This document shows, in pieces, positions 15,139 to 23,510 of a stretch of DNA of 24,000 nt. Under the pieces are notes generated by a model. That model had not been told where the DNA came from. It saw nothing but the letters and a program-made list of their open reading frames with translations, and searched no databases. The first letter of the stretch is position 1, and each line of letters starts with the position of its first letter. This DNA comes from Pseudanabaena sp. FACHB-2040. Lineage in GTDB: Bacteria > Cyanobacteriota > Cyanobacteriia > Phormidesmidales > Phormidesmidaceae. The position numbers and the translations under genes were made by a program. The DNA lies in assembly GCF_014696715.1 (NCBI RefSeq), contig NZ_JACJQO010000005.1, positions 1,226,352-1,250,351 of the forward strand, in the 5' to 3' direction.

Positions 15139-16505
15139 CGAGTCAGCGCCACCATAAAAAAGCCGTCCATATTATGCAGATGGGGCCAAACCTGCACCCA
15201 ACCCTGCTCAGTAACCCAGGGAGCAACGGGTGAATCGGCAGGTGGCGCTTGAATGTGCCAGTCAGGGTGCTGCTGTAAAAACTGCTCCACTACGCCCTCG
15301 TTTTCTTCGGGATTGAGGGTGCAGGTGGCGTATACCATCGTGGCTTCGGGTTTGGCCCAGCGGGCGGCTTCTTCTAACAGCGCTCGCTGTAGCGTCACCA
15401 GTTCGTGGGCTGTTTCGGGACTTTGCCGCCAGCGAGCATCGGCATGGCGGTGCAGGGTGCCCAGGCCCGAGCAAGGAGCATCGATCAGCACTCGGTCGGC
15501 CTGCCCATGAAACTTGGGTAGGTCGCGGCTGTCGCCGGTGTAGGTCTTTAGGCTATTGAGCTGGAGGCGGGCACTGTTGGTCTTGATTTTTTTAAGGCGG
15601 GAGGTGGTGCGATCGCAAGCCCATACCGTTCCCTGGTCGCCCATGAGTTCAGCCAAGTGGGTCGCTTTGCCGCCCGGTGCAGCACAGGCATCGACAATGA
15701 CTTCTCCCGGCTGTGGGTTGACCAGATAGGCCACTAGCTGAGCGCTGGCATCCTGCACGCTCCACCAGCCCTCAGCATAGCCAGGCAGCGCCGTGACAGA
15801 CCCAGCTGGGTTGGTTAGGCGCAGCGCATCTGGCAGCGGGTTCAGCCGCTCCGTTTGAACTCCGGCAGCGGCGAAAGCGGCTTCTACATCTTCTAAGGCA
15901 ATTTGGCAGCGGTTCACCCGCAGATCGATGTGGGGCGACTGGTTAAACCAGCGGCAGAGGTCTTCAGTAGCTTCTAGGCCCAGCCGCTCATACCAGAGCC
16001 GCACGATCCAATCAGGATAGCTGTGCCGCACGGCCACGGCAGCCACCGGATCGGAAGGCAGCCAGAGGGGATCTTGAGGGGTGTCGGATTCTCCTTTTTG
16101 CAGGCGCAAATACTGTCGTAAAATGCCGTTGACGACGCCAGACAGACGACTCAAGCTGCCCGCCTTGACCAGGTCGACGCTGGTGTTGACTGCTGCTGAG
16201 GGCGGCACGGTGCTCAGATAGCGCAGCTGATATAGCCCCAAATGCAGAATCGCCCGGATCTCGGCCGGTTGCTGGTGAGCCTTCTTTTTGCCGAGCTGGT
16301 CAATCAGCGTATCGAGCGTGCGCTGACGGCGCACGCTGCCATAGACCAGTTCGGTGACAAAAGCTCGATCTAGATCGCCGAGCGGCACTTGAGCCAGGGA
16401 CCGGTGGAGCGCCACATCTGCGTAAGCCCCTTTATGCACCGCCAGCAATACCTCATAGGCCAGTTGCCGGGCAGATGGTTTGGGTGGGGTGGGTAGAACC
16501 AACAA
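15135..16505 (-). CDS. rsmB: 16S rRNA (cytosine-C5) methyltransferase RsmB/Sun
   Basis: 456 aa. It has an N-terminal NusB-like domain (ARQLAYEVLLAV.KGAYADVAL). The SAM motif is VIVDACAAPGGKATHLAE. The catalytic Cys motifs are LIDAPCSGLGTLHRH and MVYATCTL. It starts at TTG-TTG, with no ATG available nearby. Confidence 0.9.
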   Translation of the reverse strand: MLVLPTPPKPSARQLAYEVLLAVHKGAYADVALHRSLAQVPLGDLDRAFVTELVYGSVRRQRTLDTLIDQLGKKKAHQQPAEIRAILHLGLYQLRYLSTVPPSAAVNTSVDLVKAGSLSRLSGVVNGILRQYLRLQKGESDTPQDPLWLPSDPVAAVAVRHSYPDWIVRLWYERLGLEATEDLCRWFNQSPHIDLRVNRCQIALEDVEAAFAAAGVQTERLNPLPDALRLTNPAGSVTALPGYAEGWWSVQDASAQLVAYLVNPQPGEVIVDACAAPGGKATHLAELMGDQGTVWACDRTTSRLKKIKTNSARLQLNSLKTYTGDSRDLPKFHGQADRVLIDAPCSGLGTLHRHADARWRQSPETAHELVTLQRALLEEAARWAKPEATMVYATCTLNPEENEGVVEQFLQQHPDWHIQAPPADSPVAPWVTEQGWVQVWPHLHNMDGFFMVALTR

Positions 16506-16525
16506 ACCTCTCCTCAGAATCGTCT

Positions 16526-16575
16526 AAAAACACAAAAAACTCGGGGGATAACTGTTGAGCAGTTTCCCCCGAGTT
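16526..16575 (-). terminator. strong Rho-independent terminator after the petN/small-ORF unit
   Basis: Read on the minus strand: stem ctcggggga/tcccccgag (16565-16573 pairs with 16540-16548), extended by the inner stem aactg/cagtt around a 5-nt loop. The tract uuuuuuguguuuuu follows (complement of 16526-16539). Confidence 0.8.
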
Positions 16576-16595
16576 AAAGAGCAAATCGAAATTAC

Positions 16596-16763
16596 TTATC
16601 GCTTCGAGCGCCGTCGGGGTTGCTCCTGGTCGCGTTTACGACGGCGACGGTCTCGCCACTCGGCAGCCGTCAAGTAGACGATGCCTCCGGTCACCACCAC
16701 CATTAGCGCCAGTGCCAGAACCGCCAGAATGCTATAGGCTTGTGCCTCTAATGGGGCTTCCAT
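16596..16763 (-). CDS. unlisted 55-aa single-TM protein with a highly basic C-terminal tail
   Basis: Below the ORF-track cut-off. My translation is MEAPLEAQAYSILAVLALALMVVVTGGIVYLTAAEWRDRRRRKRDQEQPRRRSKR. It has one clear TM helix plus an Arg/Lys tail, which fits the positive-inside rule. It lies 27 nt downstream of petN and 20 nt upstream of the terminator. I cannot name a family. Confidence 0.5.
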   Translation of the reverse strand: MEAPLEAQAYSILAVLALALMVVVTGGIVYLTAAEWRDRRRRKRDQEQPRRRSKR

Positions 16764-16790
16764 TGTTGTGCTAATCTCTTGCGCTCAGGA

Positions 16791-16880
16791 TTAGAAGCCG
16801 TTGCGGCCCCAAACAACCATTGACAGGGAAAAGGTGAAGACCACCAGCATAGAAACCCAACCTAGCGAAAGAATGTCCAT
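16791..16880 (-). CDS. petN: cytochrome b6f complex subunit 8 (PetN)
   Basis: Below the ORF-track cut-off (29 aa). My translation is [29 protein letters not shown], which is near-consensus PetN. Confidence 0.93.
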   Translation of the reverse strand: MDILSLGWVSMLVVFTFSLSMVVWGRNGF

Positions 16881-16959
16881 ATCTGTCAGCAATCAGTAGG
16901 TGTTAAACAGCTTTTTTCCATCATACGGTAAAGCCTTACCCATACGGAGCCGCTGTAGG

Positions 16960-19900
16960 CTAGAAAGTTGCGGCTGGAGCTGCGGCTTCGATGTGGGTTG
17001 CGATCGCACCTAAAAACTCCTGCTCCAGATAGGGTTTAGTGAAGTAGGCAGTTGCCCCTAGCTGCATTGCCAGCCAGCGGTGCTTGTCATTGCTGCGCGA
17101 AGTTAGCATCACTGTTGGAATTTCAGTCAGTACCGGGTTTTGGCGGCGCTGCGTGAGAAATTCAAAGCCGTTCATGTTAGGCATTTCAATGTCGCAAACC
17201 ACCAGTCGCACCCAGGGATTTTGCTCCAGCTGCTCTAGCGCTTCCTGTCCATCTCTAGCCTGCAAGACCCGATATCCGGCCCGTTCTAAAGACAGGGTAA
17301 GAATGCGCCGGGATGTCACCGCATCGTCTACTACCAGAACCGTGTTGGCCTGATTGATGCGGATGACGGGCTGTTCCTGAGGGGCTGCTGTCTGCAGCAC
17401 TATTGTCTCTAGGGCCTCGGTGACCGTGGCAGCCGGGCGCTCAGCCAATTCCCGGTTAACCAGCGTATCGAGAAAAGCCCGACCATCAATCACCGGAATC
17501 AGGCTGCCGTCTCCCAAGACAGTGCAGCCGTAGGCATAGCTGGGCGGTGTCAACGCCGAACCAAAGGGTTTAATCACCGACTCTTGCTCCGTCACCAGCC
17601 GCTCAACCTGCAGGGCAAACGCCTGATCACCGCGCTTGAGAATCAGCATTGGCGCTTCCCAATCAGCAGGCGAGGGCACCGCTGCCAGCACTTGGCTAAC
17701 CGGCCTCTCCGGAATCGGGCAGGCGTAGGACAGCAAATCAGACAAACGGTAAGCCGGAATGTCCTGTTCCTGCCAACGCAGCTTCTGCTGCTGCCCCTCC
17801 CAGCTCAGCTGCTCTGGTCGAGGAATGAGAATTTCTGTAATGTTGTCGCTTCGCAAGGCTACCGGAGTTGAGCCAACAAAGCACACAAGCAGGTTTACTA
17901 TGCTCAGCGTTAGCGGCAACGTCAGGGTAAAGGTAGTGCCTTGGCCAGGGGTCGACTGCAGGGCCACTGTTCCCTGCAGCAGCTCTAGCTGTTCCCGCAC
18001 GACATCTAGACCAACGCCACGACCAGAGAGGTCGCTGACCTCCGAGGCGGTCGAGAAGCCCGGTTGGAAGATAAATTCGCTCAGCTGGTTAGGGGGAGTA
18101 GCCGCTGCTGCTGCCGCCTCCAACCAGCCCAACTCCACGACCTGCTGACGAATGCGCTCTAGATCCAGCCCCTGCCCATCGTCGCGCACCTCAATGACAA
18201 TCCGGCGGCCCTGATAAGACGCTTGAATATCAATTCGTCCCGTTTCAGGCTTGCCCTGTTGCCGCCGCAGATCGGGGGCTTCTAAACCGTGGTCAAAGCC
18301 ATTTCTCAGCAGATGCAGCAGCGGGTCATAGAGCTTTTCCAGCACAGCCCGGTCTACCAGCAGGTCAGTTCCCTGCAGCACCAGTTCGGCAGGCTTATGG
18401 TAGGTGTTCGACAGGTCTCGCAAAATTCGGGGAAACTGGTTGAGCACTTCCCCCACAGGCACCATGCGCGCCCACATCAGCTCATCTTGAATCTGCGAGA
18501 GCATTTTGCGGTGCTGCCGCAACATCTGGTCAGACTGGCGGTTGAATAAAAAGAGGTCTTCTATGCCTTCCTCTAACTGCAGCATCTCCTCTAGCAGGGT
18601 CTGAGTCTGGGTGTAGAGAATAGTGTAGGAGTCCATCTCCAGGGAGTCGAAACTGGCCTGGCGCAGAGTATCGACCGCCATCATCGGAGGCTTGCTGGCA
18701 TGGCCATTTGCGGCTGGTGTGCTGCGCCGCTCAGGGGCGATCAGCATTTGGTCGGATAGGGTCTGCAGCTGCTCTACGGTAGATCGCAGGCGATCAAAAC
18801 GGCTCATCAACTCCCGCAGCCCCAGACGCAGCTGATCGTTCTGCAACGCTAGACCATTGCGGTTGATTGTCAGCTCACCCAGCGTATTGTCCATCCGGGC
18901 CAGCCGCTCCGTATCCACCCGGACGGTGAGGCTAACGGCGGCTCGGCGCTGGGGTTGGGGCTCACTGCGAATAGGAACAGGGGCAACCTGGGCAGCGGGT
19001 TTAAGGCCCTGCTCCAATGCTCCCTCAGTTGCCTCCTTAGTGTTTCCCCTAGTGTTTACCTGCACTGCCAGTGGTGCGGCCTTGTCACTGCTCAATGGAG
19101 TGATCTGGGGGTCTGGTTCTCCCGGCTGGGGCCAATCCTCTGGCGGCTCCAACAGCTCTGCCGCCAGCCCAGAGAAGATTTCTTCGATCTCAGCTGCCTC
19201 GAACTCTGGGAAAAGCAGTTCGGTAGTACTTTCGGCGTCTGTTTTAGAATCAGACTCCAGGGCCAGGGCCTCCAGCTCAAAGCTAGGGAACAGCTGAGTC
19301 ACACTAGCAGCCGCTAGTGCTTCATCACTAGAAGTATCTACAAAAGGATCAACAGGAGCATTCTGGGCAGTGACCTCCTGAGCAGCGACCTCCACATCCT
19401 CAGGCAAGAATAAATCGCCCACAGAAGCATCTGTGCTGCCCAGTAGGGCAACCAGATCAATCACGTCTACCGCCTCTAAGCCAGTGCGGATAGGATCTGC
19501 CAGCGCCATCAGCGCAGCTGATGGCGAGCCTCCCTCGCTTACCTTGCCCGCCAAAACTTCCTCCCGACCGGCGCGAAAGTCCTCCCAGGCCAGGGCCGCG
19601 ATTTCTAGCGCCTGATCAGGGTTGTGCTCTAGCGCCTGCAGGGCAGTTTGGGCAATGTGAGCAAACCCAGGCAGGCTGAGCAGCTCCGCGAATCCAATGA
19701 AGACTTCGGCCTGGGCCCGGAGTTCTCCAGCAACTTCATAGCTAGCGGGACTGTCCAGGATTGCTTTGAGATGGTCTAGCCCTTGGCCCACGTCAATGTC
19801 GAAGATTGACAGGGCCATGTTGATGCCCAAATCGGTAGAGCTAGGGATGTAGTTCTCAGTTTCGGTAATAGCCTGCTGAAACCGAGTCTCTAATTCCGCC

Positions 19901-20277
19901 AAAACTGGATCGGCGGTAGCCAGAGCCTGTTGAGCATCAAAGTAGCCTTGGGTTAGCTGCTCAGTCAGGGGTAGCCGCAGGCAGTCAAACGCCCTCAACA
20001 GCTGGCTCTCCAACTCGCTGTCGAGCACCAAGCTGTCGCTATAAAGGGCTTTGAAGAGGGTCTCTAGCCGGTGAGCAATGGCCTTGATGGCATCCAACCC
20101 CACACTGGCGGCTCCCCCTTTCAGCGAGTGTGCGGCCCGCATAATCTGGTGAACCTCCGCCGTATTCCGCTCTTGGCGCAGAGTAAGCAGCCCGGTTTCA
20201 ATGGTTTGCAATAACTCCGGGGCTTCTTCAACGAAGAACCGATAGGCCTGGTCACGGATATCAGAGTTACTTGCCAT
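16960..20277 (-). CDS. hybrid CheA-like histidine kinase (Hpt - long acidic linker - dimerisation - HATPase - CheW-like - REC), PixL/PilL/HmpE type
   Basis: 1105 aa.
- The Hpt domain has the phospho-His motif MRAAHSLKGGAASVG (His50).
- A ~300-aa D/E/A/P-rich linker follows.
- The dimerisation segment is VRVDTERLARMDNTLGELTINRN.
- The ATPase boxes are LLHLLRNGFDHGLE, VRDDGQGLD, GRGVGLDVV and GQGTTFTLTLPLTL.
- The CheW-like region is VCFVGSTPVALRSDNITEI...
- The C-terminal receiver is VLVVDDAVTSRR...LVVCDIEMPNMNGFEF...VMLTSR...GATAYFTKP. Confidence 0.93.
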   Translation of the reverse strand: MASNSDIRDQAYRFFVEEAPELLQTIETGLLTLRQERNTAEVHQIMRAAHSLKGGAASVGLDAIKAIAHRLETLFKALYSDSLVLDSELESQLLRAFDCLRLPLTEQLTQGYFDAQQALATADPVLAELETRFQQAITETENYIPSSTDLGINMALSIFDIDVGQGLDHLKAILDSPASYEVAGELRAQAEVFIGFAELLSLPGFAHIAQTALQALEHNPDQALEIAALAWEDFRAGREEVLAGKVSEGGSPSAALMALADPIRTGLEAVDVIDLVALLGSTDASVGDLFLPEDVEVAAQEVTAQNAPVDPFVDTSSDEALAAASVTQLFPSFELEALALESDSKTDAESTTELLFPEFEAAEIEEIFSGLAAELLEPPEDWPQPGEPDPQITPLSSDKAAPLAVQVNTRGNTKEATEGALEQGLKPAAQVAPVPIRSEPQPQRRAAVSLTVRVDTERLARMDNTLGELTINRNGLALQNDQLRLGLRELMSRFDRLRSTVEQLQTLSDQMLIAPERRSTPAANGHASKPPMMAVDTLRQASFDSLEMDSYTILYTQTQTLLEEMLQLEEGIEDLFLFNRQSDQMLRQHRKMLSQIQDELMWARMVPVGEVLNQFPRILRDLSNTYHKPAELVLQGTDLLVDRAVLEKLYDPLLHLLRNGFDHGLEAPDLRRQQGKPETGRIDIQASYQGRRIVIEVRDDGQGLDLERIRQQVVELGWLEAAAAAATPPNQLSEFIFQPGFSTASEVSDLSGRGVGLDVVREQLELLQGTVALQSTPGQGTTFTLTLPLTLSIVNLLVCFVGSTPVALRSDNITEILIPRPEQLSWEGQQQKLRWQEQDIPAYRLSDLLSYACPIPERPVSQVLAAVPSPADWEAPMLILKRGDQAFALQVERLVTEQESVIKPFGSALTPPSYAYGCTVLGDGSLIPVIDGRAFLDTLVNRELAERPAATVTEALETIVLQTAAPQEQPVIRINQANTVLVVDDAVTSRRILTLSLERAGYRVLQARDGQEALEQLEQNPWVRLVVCDIEMPNMNGFEFLTQRRQNPVLTEIPTVMLTSRSNDKHRWLAMQLGATAYFTKPYLEQEFLGAIATHIEAAAPAATF

Positions 20278-20429
20278 AGGGATTTGGTTTGAAAGCGGTT
20301 TGGGAGGGGGGACGCAGGAAGGTGGGAGAGGGTGGGGAGGCTTGTGTTGGGTGGGTCTGGAGGATAAGGAGAGGGGCTTTGAGCCTTTTTAGAAGACCCG
20401 CCCTTCCTGCCTTCTGCCTTCCTCTTCGG
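20278..20429. other. 152-nt strand-asymmetric spacer between the MCP and cheA genes (G-rich then C/T-rich on the + strand)
   Basis: On the + strand, 20289-20380 has only about six C. It has many G-runs: 20302-04, 20306-11, 20324-26, 20330-32, 20334-37, 20349-51, 20353-55 and 20373-76. Region 20391-20429 is C/T-rich. A perfect 9-bp complement exists between gcaggaagg (20314-20322) and ccttcctgc (20402-20410). Confidence 0.7.
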
Positions 20430-23402
20430 TTAGCTCACCTTGAATCGAGCCACTTCACTCTCCAGGGTCTGGGCTACGGCGCGAAGTTGCTCGAAGGATT
20501 GAGAGACTTCGTTGGCGGCGGTGGAGTTGTCGGTTGCGATCGCAGCCACCGTGTTCATCACCTCCGTCACGTTTTCAGAGGCTTGGGACTGGGTGACAGT
20601 GGCTTGGGCAATTGATTCCACCAGTTCGCTGATCTGGCGGCTGACTGCAGTGATTTGGTTGAGGTTTTGGCGGGTTTCGTCTACCAGCTGAGTACCGGCC
20701 ACTACCTGCTCCGTACCGGCCTCCATGGCGGTTACCACTGCATTCGTCTCGGACTGGATGCTGGCCACCAGCTTTTCAATTTCGGTAGTGGCTTCCGCCG
20801 ACTGCCGGGCCAGTTCTCGAACTTCTTCAGCAACGACTGCAAAGCCTTTGCCGTCTTCTCCAGCGCGGGAGGCTTCGATAGAGGCGTTGAGTGCCAGCAT
20901 GTTGGTCTGGGCAGCAAAGCCACTAATCAGGTTGACGACGTTGGAGATTTTTTGGGAAGACTCGCCCAGGCGCTTCACCTTTTTGGTGGTTTCGGCCACC
21001 GTCTCTCGGATGGCCATAAAACCTTGCACTGTACGGTTCATGGCCTCGTCCCCGGCCTCTACCGTTTCAGCGGCCTGCTGCACCGCCATTTCAGCTTTTT
21101 CAGCGTTGGTTGAGACTAGGCGCACTGAGTTGGCCATGTCCTGAACCCGCTCAAGGGCTGCCAAGATTTCTGCGGCTTGCTGTGCCGCAGAATCTGATAG
21201 CGATCGCACCGAGGTCTGGTTGGTATCGGTTGTCTCCGACACCTGTCGAGCTGCCTCCTGCACTTGGCCTACAATCTTTCGCAGGCTGCTAATAGTAGCG
21301 TTGTAAGAGTCAGCTACCGTACCAATTTCATCTTCTGTCACCTTGGCTCGCACGGTCAGGTCGCCCTGGCTCACCGGGTCAACGTCCATCAAGAGCTGTA
21401 AAGCATTGCGCTGCAGCCCTTCCCTAATCTGTCGCTGCTCCTCAGCCAAGAATCGGGTTTGCTCCAGCAGGTTTACCCGGTCGATTACCAGACCTACCTG
21501 CAGACCGATCTGCTTGAGGAAGTCGATTTCAGCCGGTTGCCAGGCGTGTATTCCTTTGCAGTGGTGGGTAATCAGCAGGCCAAAGAGTCGCCCCTGGCTC
21601 AGTACTGGCACGCCTAGAATAGATTTGACCTTCAGGTTGTGCAGAAGCGCCTTGTGTTCGGGGTGAAACTTAGCATTAACGACATCTTTTTCGACCAGCA
21701 TGCCCTCCGACAGGTACTTCTCCAGAGTTTCTCGGGGAATACAGGGATCGCCCAACTGCTGCTCATAGGCGCTAGGTAGAGCAGCCTCTACCGACTCGGC
21801 TACAATCGCACCACTCCAGTCTGAATTAAACTGATAGACCACCATCCGGTCAGTTTGAAGAATCTCACGGGCTTCTTCAACAACTCGGCTGTAGAGGGAC
21901 GGCAGCTCCTCTGTAGATAACACCTTGGAACCTGTAATTTCTGCCGCTAGGGTCGCTCGGCGCGCATTTAAGGTCTGTTCCCGCAGTGAGGCCTTTACCC
22001 GAAAGACCAGGTCATTAAAAGTTTCAGCCAGCGTCCGAGTCTCAATCGAGCCCTGAGGTTCAGCCTTAACGTCCAGATTTCCCCCAGACACCTGCCTAGC
22101 TTTGATAGAAAGTTCATTCAATGGGGCCGACAGCCGCTGTGACAGCGCAACCGTCAAAGCCGCCGCCATACCTCCCAACGCCAGCGCCAGCAGACCCAAA
22201 ACAACCAGGTTTCCCTGTCCGGTAGCTCGAATTTCAGAAATATTCATGGAGGCCACAGTTACCCAGTCCAGCTGCGGCACAGTGGAAAGGACATATCGCT
22301 TGCCCTGATAGACAAAGGCAGCAATGAGTGTCTCTTCTGCATCTTCACCATTACGCCCAACTCGAGTAGAGGAAATCTCCAGATTTCGCACTGGAAAATC
22401 TGAGCGCAACTGTCTCTGAAGATCTTCGTTACTGAGCTGCTCCTGGGCTGTTTTAGCCCCTACCAGCTGCACAGCGATATCTTTCACGACATCTTCACCG
22501 TTAAGAGTGAGAGATCTGGGAGTCAAGGCAATCTCTTCGCCCTGTGCACTAAAATTAACCAACACGTAGTTAGCGCTGGTGTCGAGCAGCTGCACCTGCT
22601 GCGATCCTTGGATACCAGCATTGGCCAGGTAGTCATTGAGTTGCTCAAATTTAAGGGCGGTTACGAAGAGCTTGGTCACCCCCAGGAACTTGCCGTTGTT
22701 GGGATCTAAAATCGCACGGCTGAGGTTAAAGCCTACGCTAAACGTCACCTCATCGTAGCTTGGATCGCCCATCCAAATAGTTTGTTCTTTCGCCTGATTC
22801 CACCAGTCCTCATCTTTTTGCACAAAGTCAGAAGGGAAGCTACTGTAGGCAACGTTTAAGCCATTAGCTTCAGCTACGATAATCTCGGCCACGTTCTGGG
22901 TGCCAGCGGCCCTAGCAAGATATTTATTGAGCGCAGCATTGGGCTCAATCTGCTTGTTAAGAATAAACTGGCGTTCTAGATCCTCTATGGCAGCCTGATC
23001 CAGCTTGTCTGCCGCCGCTATTCTGCTTCCTTGGCGCACCTTCTCCAAAATCACTGGATTCTCTGAAAAGAGCTGGGCGGCTCTAAATTCATCAACAATA
23101 GTTTGGCTCACAGTTTCACTGGCCAATAGCGCTTGACCTTGAAGGGCTGTGGCCACCTCTGCCCGAGTACGACTCTGAGTCAGCACATAAGTTATCAAGC
23201 CTTGGCTAGCTAGAGGAATAAGAGCTAGAGGTAATACTGTAAACAAAAGCTGCTGCCTCAGGTTGCGACCCCGCCGGGAGCTAACCTTCAGCCCAGTCAA
23301 ATAAGAAGCTATGGAAGCAGGGCTTGAAGACTGCGGTATTCCCGTCAAACTTACATCTTGATCTGTAAGAGAGGATTTAGGAAAGGGAGGCACTTGGGTC
23401 AT
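20430..23402 (-). CDS. methyl-accepting chemotaxis protein with a periplasmic Cache-like sensor, HAMP, a CBCR-like GAF and an MA signalling domain (PixJ/TaxD/HmpD type)
   Basis: 990 aa.
- TM1 is at about aa 52-74 and TM2 at about aa 398-421.
- The ~320-aa periplasmic region has a Cache-like signature ([58 protein letters not shown]).
- HAMP carries the motif [18 protein letters not shown].
- The GAF is at about aa 500-648.
- The signalling hairpin is conserved: [36 protein letters not shown]. Confidence 0.93.
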   Translation of the reverse strand: MTQVPPFPKSSLTDQDVSLTGIPQSSSPASIASYLTGLKVSSRRGRNLRQQLLFTVLPLALIPLASQGLITYVLTQSRTRAEVATALQGQALLASETVSQTIVDEFRAAQLFSENPVILEKVRQGSRIAAADKLDQAAIEDLERQFILNKQIEPNAALNKYLARAAGTQNVAEIIVAEANGLNVAYSSFPSDFVQKDEDWWNQAKEQTIWMGDPSYDEVTFSVGFNLSRAILDPNNGKFLGVTKLFVTALKFEQLNDYLANAGIQGSQQVQLLDTSANYVLVNFSAQGEEIALTPRSLTLNGEDVVKDIAVQLVGAKTAQEQLSNEDLQRQLRSDFPVRNLEISSTRVGRNGEDAEETLIAAFVYQGKRYVLSTVPQLDWVTVASMNISEIRATGQGNLVVLGLLALALGGMAAALTVALSQRLSAPLNELSIKARQVSGGNLDVKAEPQGSIETRTLAETFNDLVFRVKASLREQTLNARRATLAAEITGSKVLSTEELPSLYSRVVEEAREILQTDRMVVYQFNSDWSGAIVAESVEAALPSAYEQQLGDPCIPRETLEKYLSEGMLVEKDVVNAKFHPEHKALLHNLKVKSILGVPVLSQGRLFGLLITHHCKGIHAWQPAEIDFLKQIGLQVGLVIDRVNLLEQTRFLAEEQRQIREGLQRNALQLLMDVDPVSQGDLTVRAKVTEDEIGTVADSYNATISSLRKIVGQVQEAARQVSETTDTNQTSVRSLSDSAAQQAAEILAALERVQDMANSVRLVSTNAEKAEMAVQQAAETVEAGDEAMNRTVQGFMAIRETVAETTKKVKRLGESSQKISNVVNLISGFAAQTNMLALNASIEASRAGEDGKGFAVVAEEVRELARQSAEATTEIEKLVASIQSETNAVVTAMEAGTEQVVAGTQLVDETRQNLNQITAVSRQISELVESIAQATVTQSQASENVTEVMNTVAAIATDNSTAANEVSQSFEQLRAVAQTLESEVARFKVS

Positions 23403-23510
23403 AGCGAGAACCTATAGCATCTAAACAGGTGAACAAAAGTAGCCGCTGGTGACTCAACGACTGCAAGTTATTAGTGAGTACTGCTGAACAACAAATTCAG
23501 GAGGATGGGC

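Noticed and set aside
17084-19615. Several 60-146-aa + strand ORFs inside the cheA gene, and similar ones at 20655-22308 inside the MCP gene
   Set aside because: They are antisense to long ORFs with complete, ordered kinase and MCP motifs. Their Ser/Arg/Ala-rich composition marks them as shadow ORFs.
20289-20615. 108-aa + strand ORF (MKAVWEGGRRKVGEGGEACVGW...)
   Set aside because: It arises from the G-rich spacer and then runs antisense into the 3' end of the MCP gene. It is a low-complexity Gly/Arg sequence and not credible as a gene.
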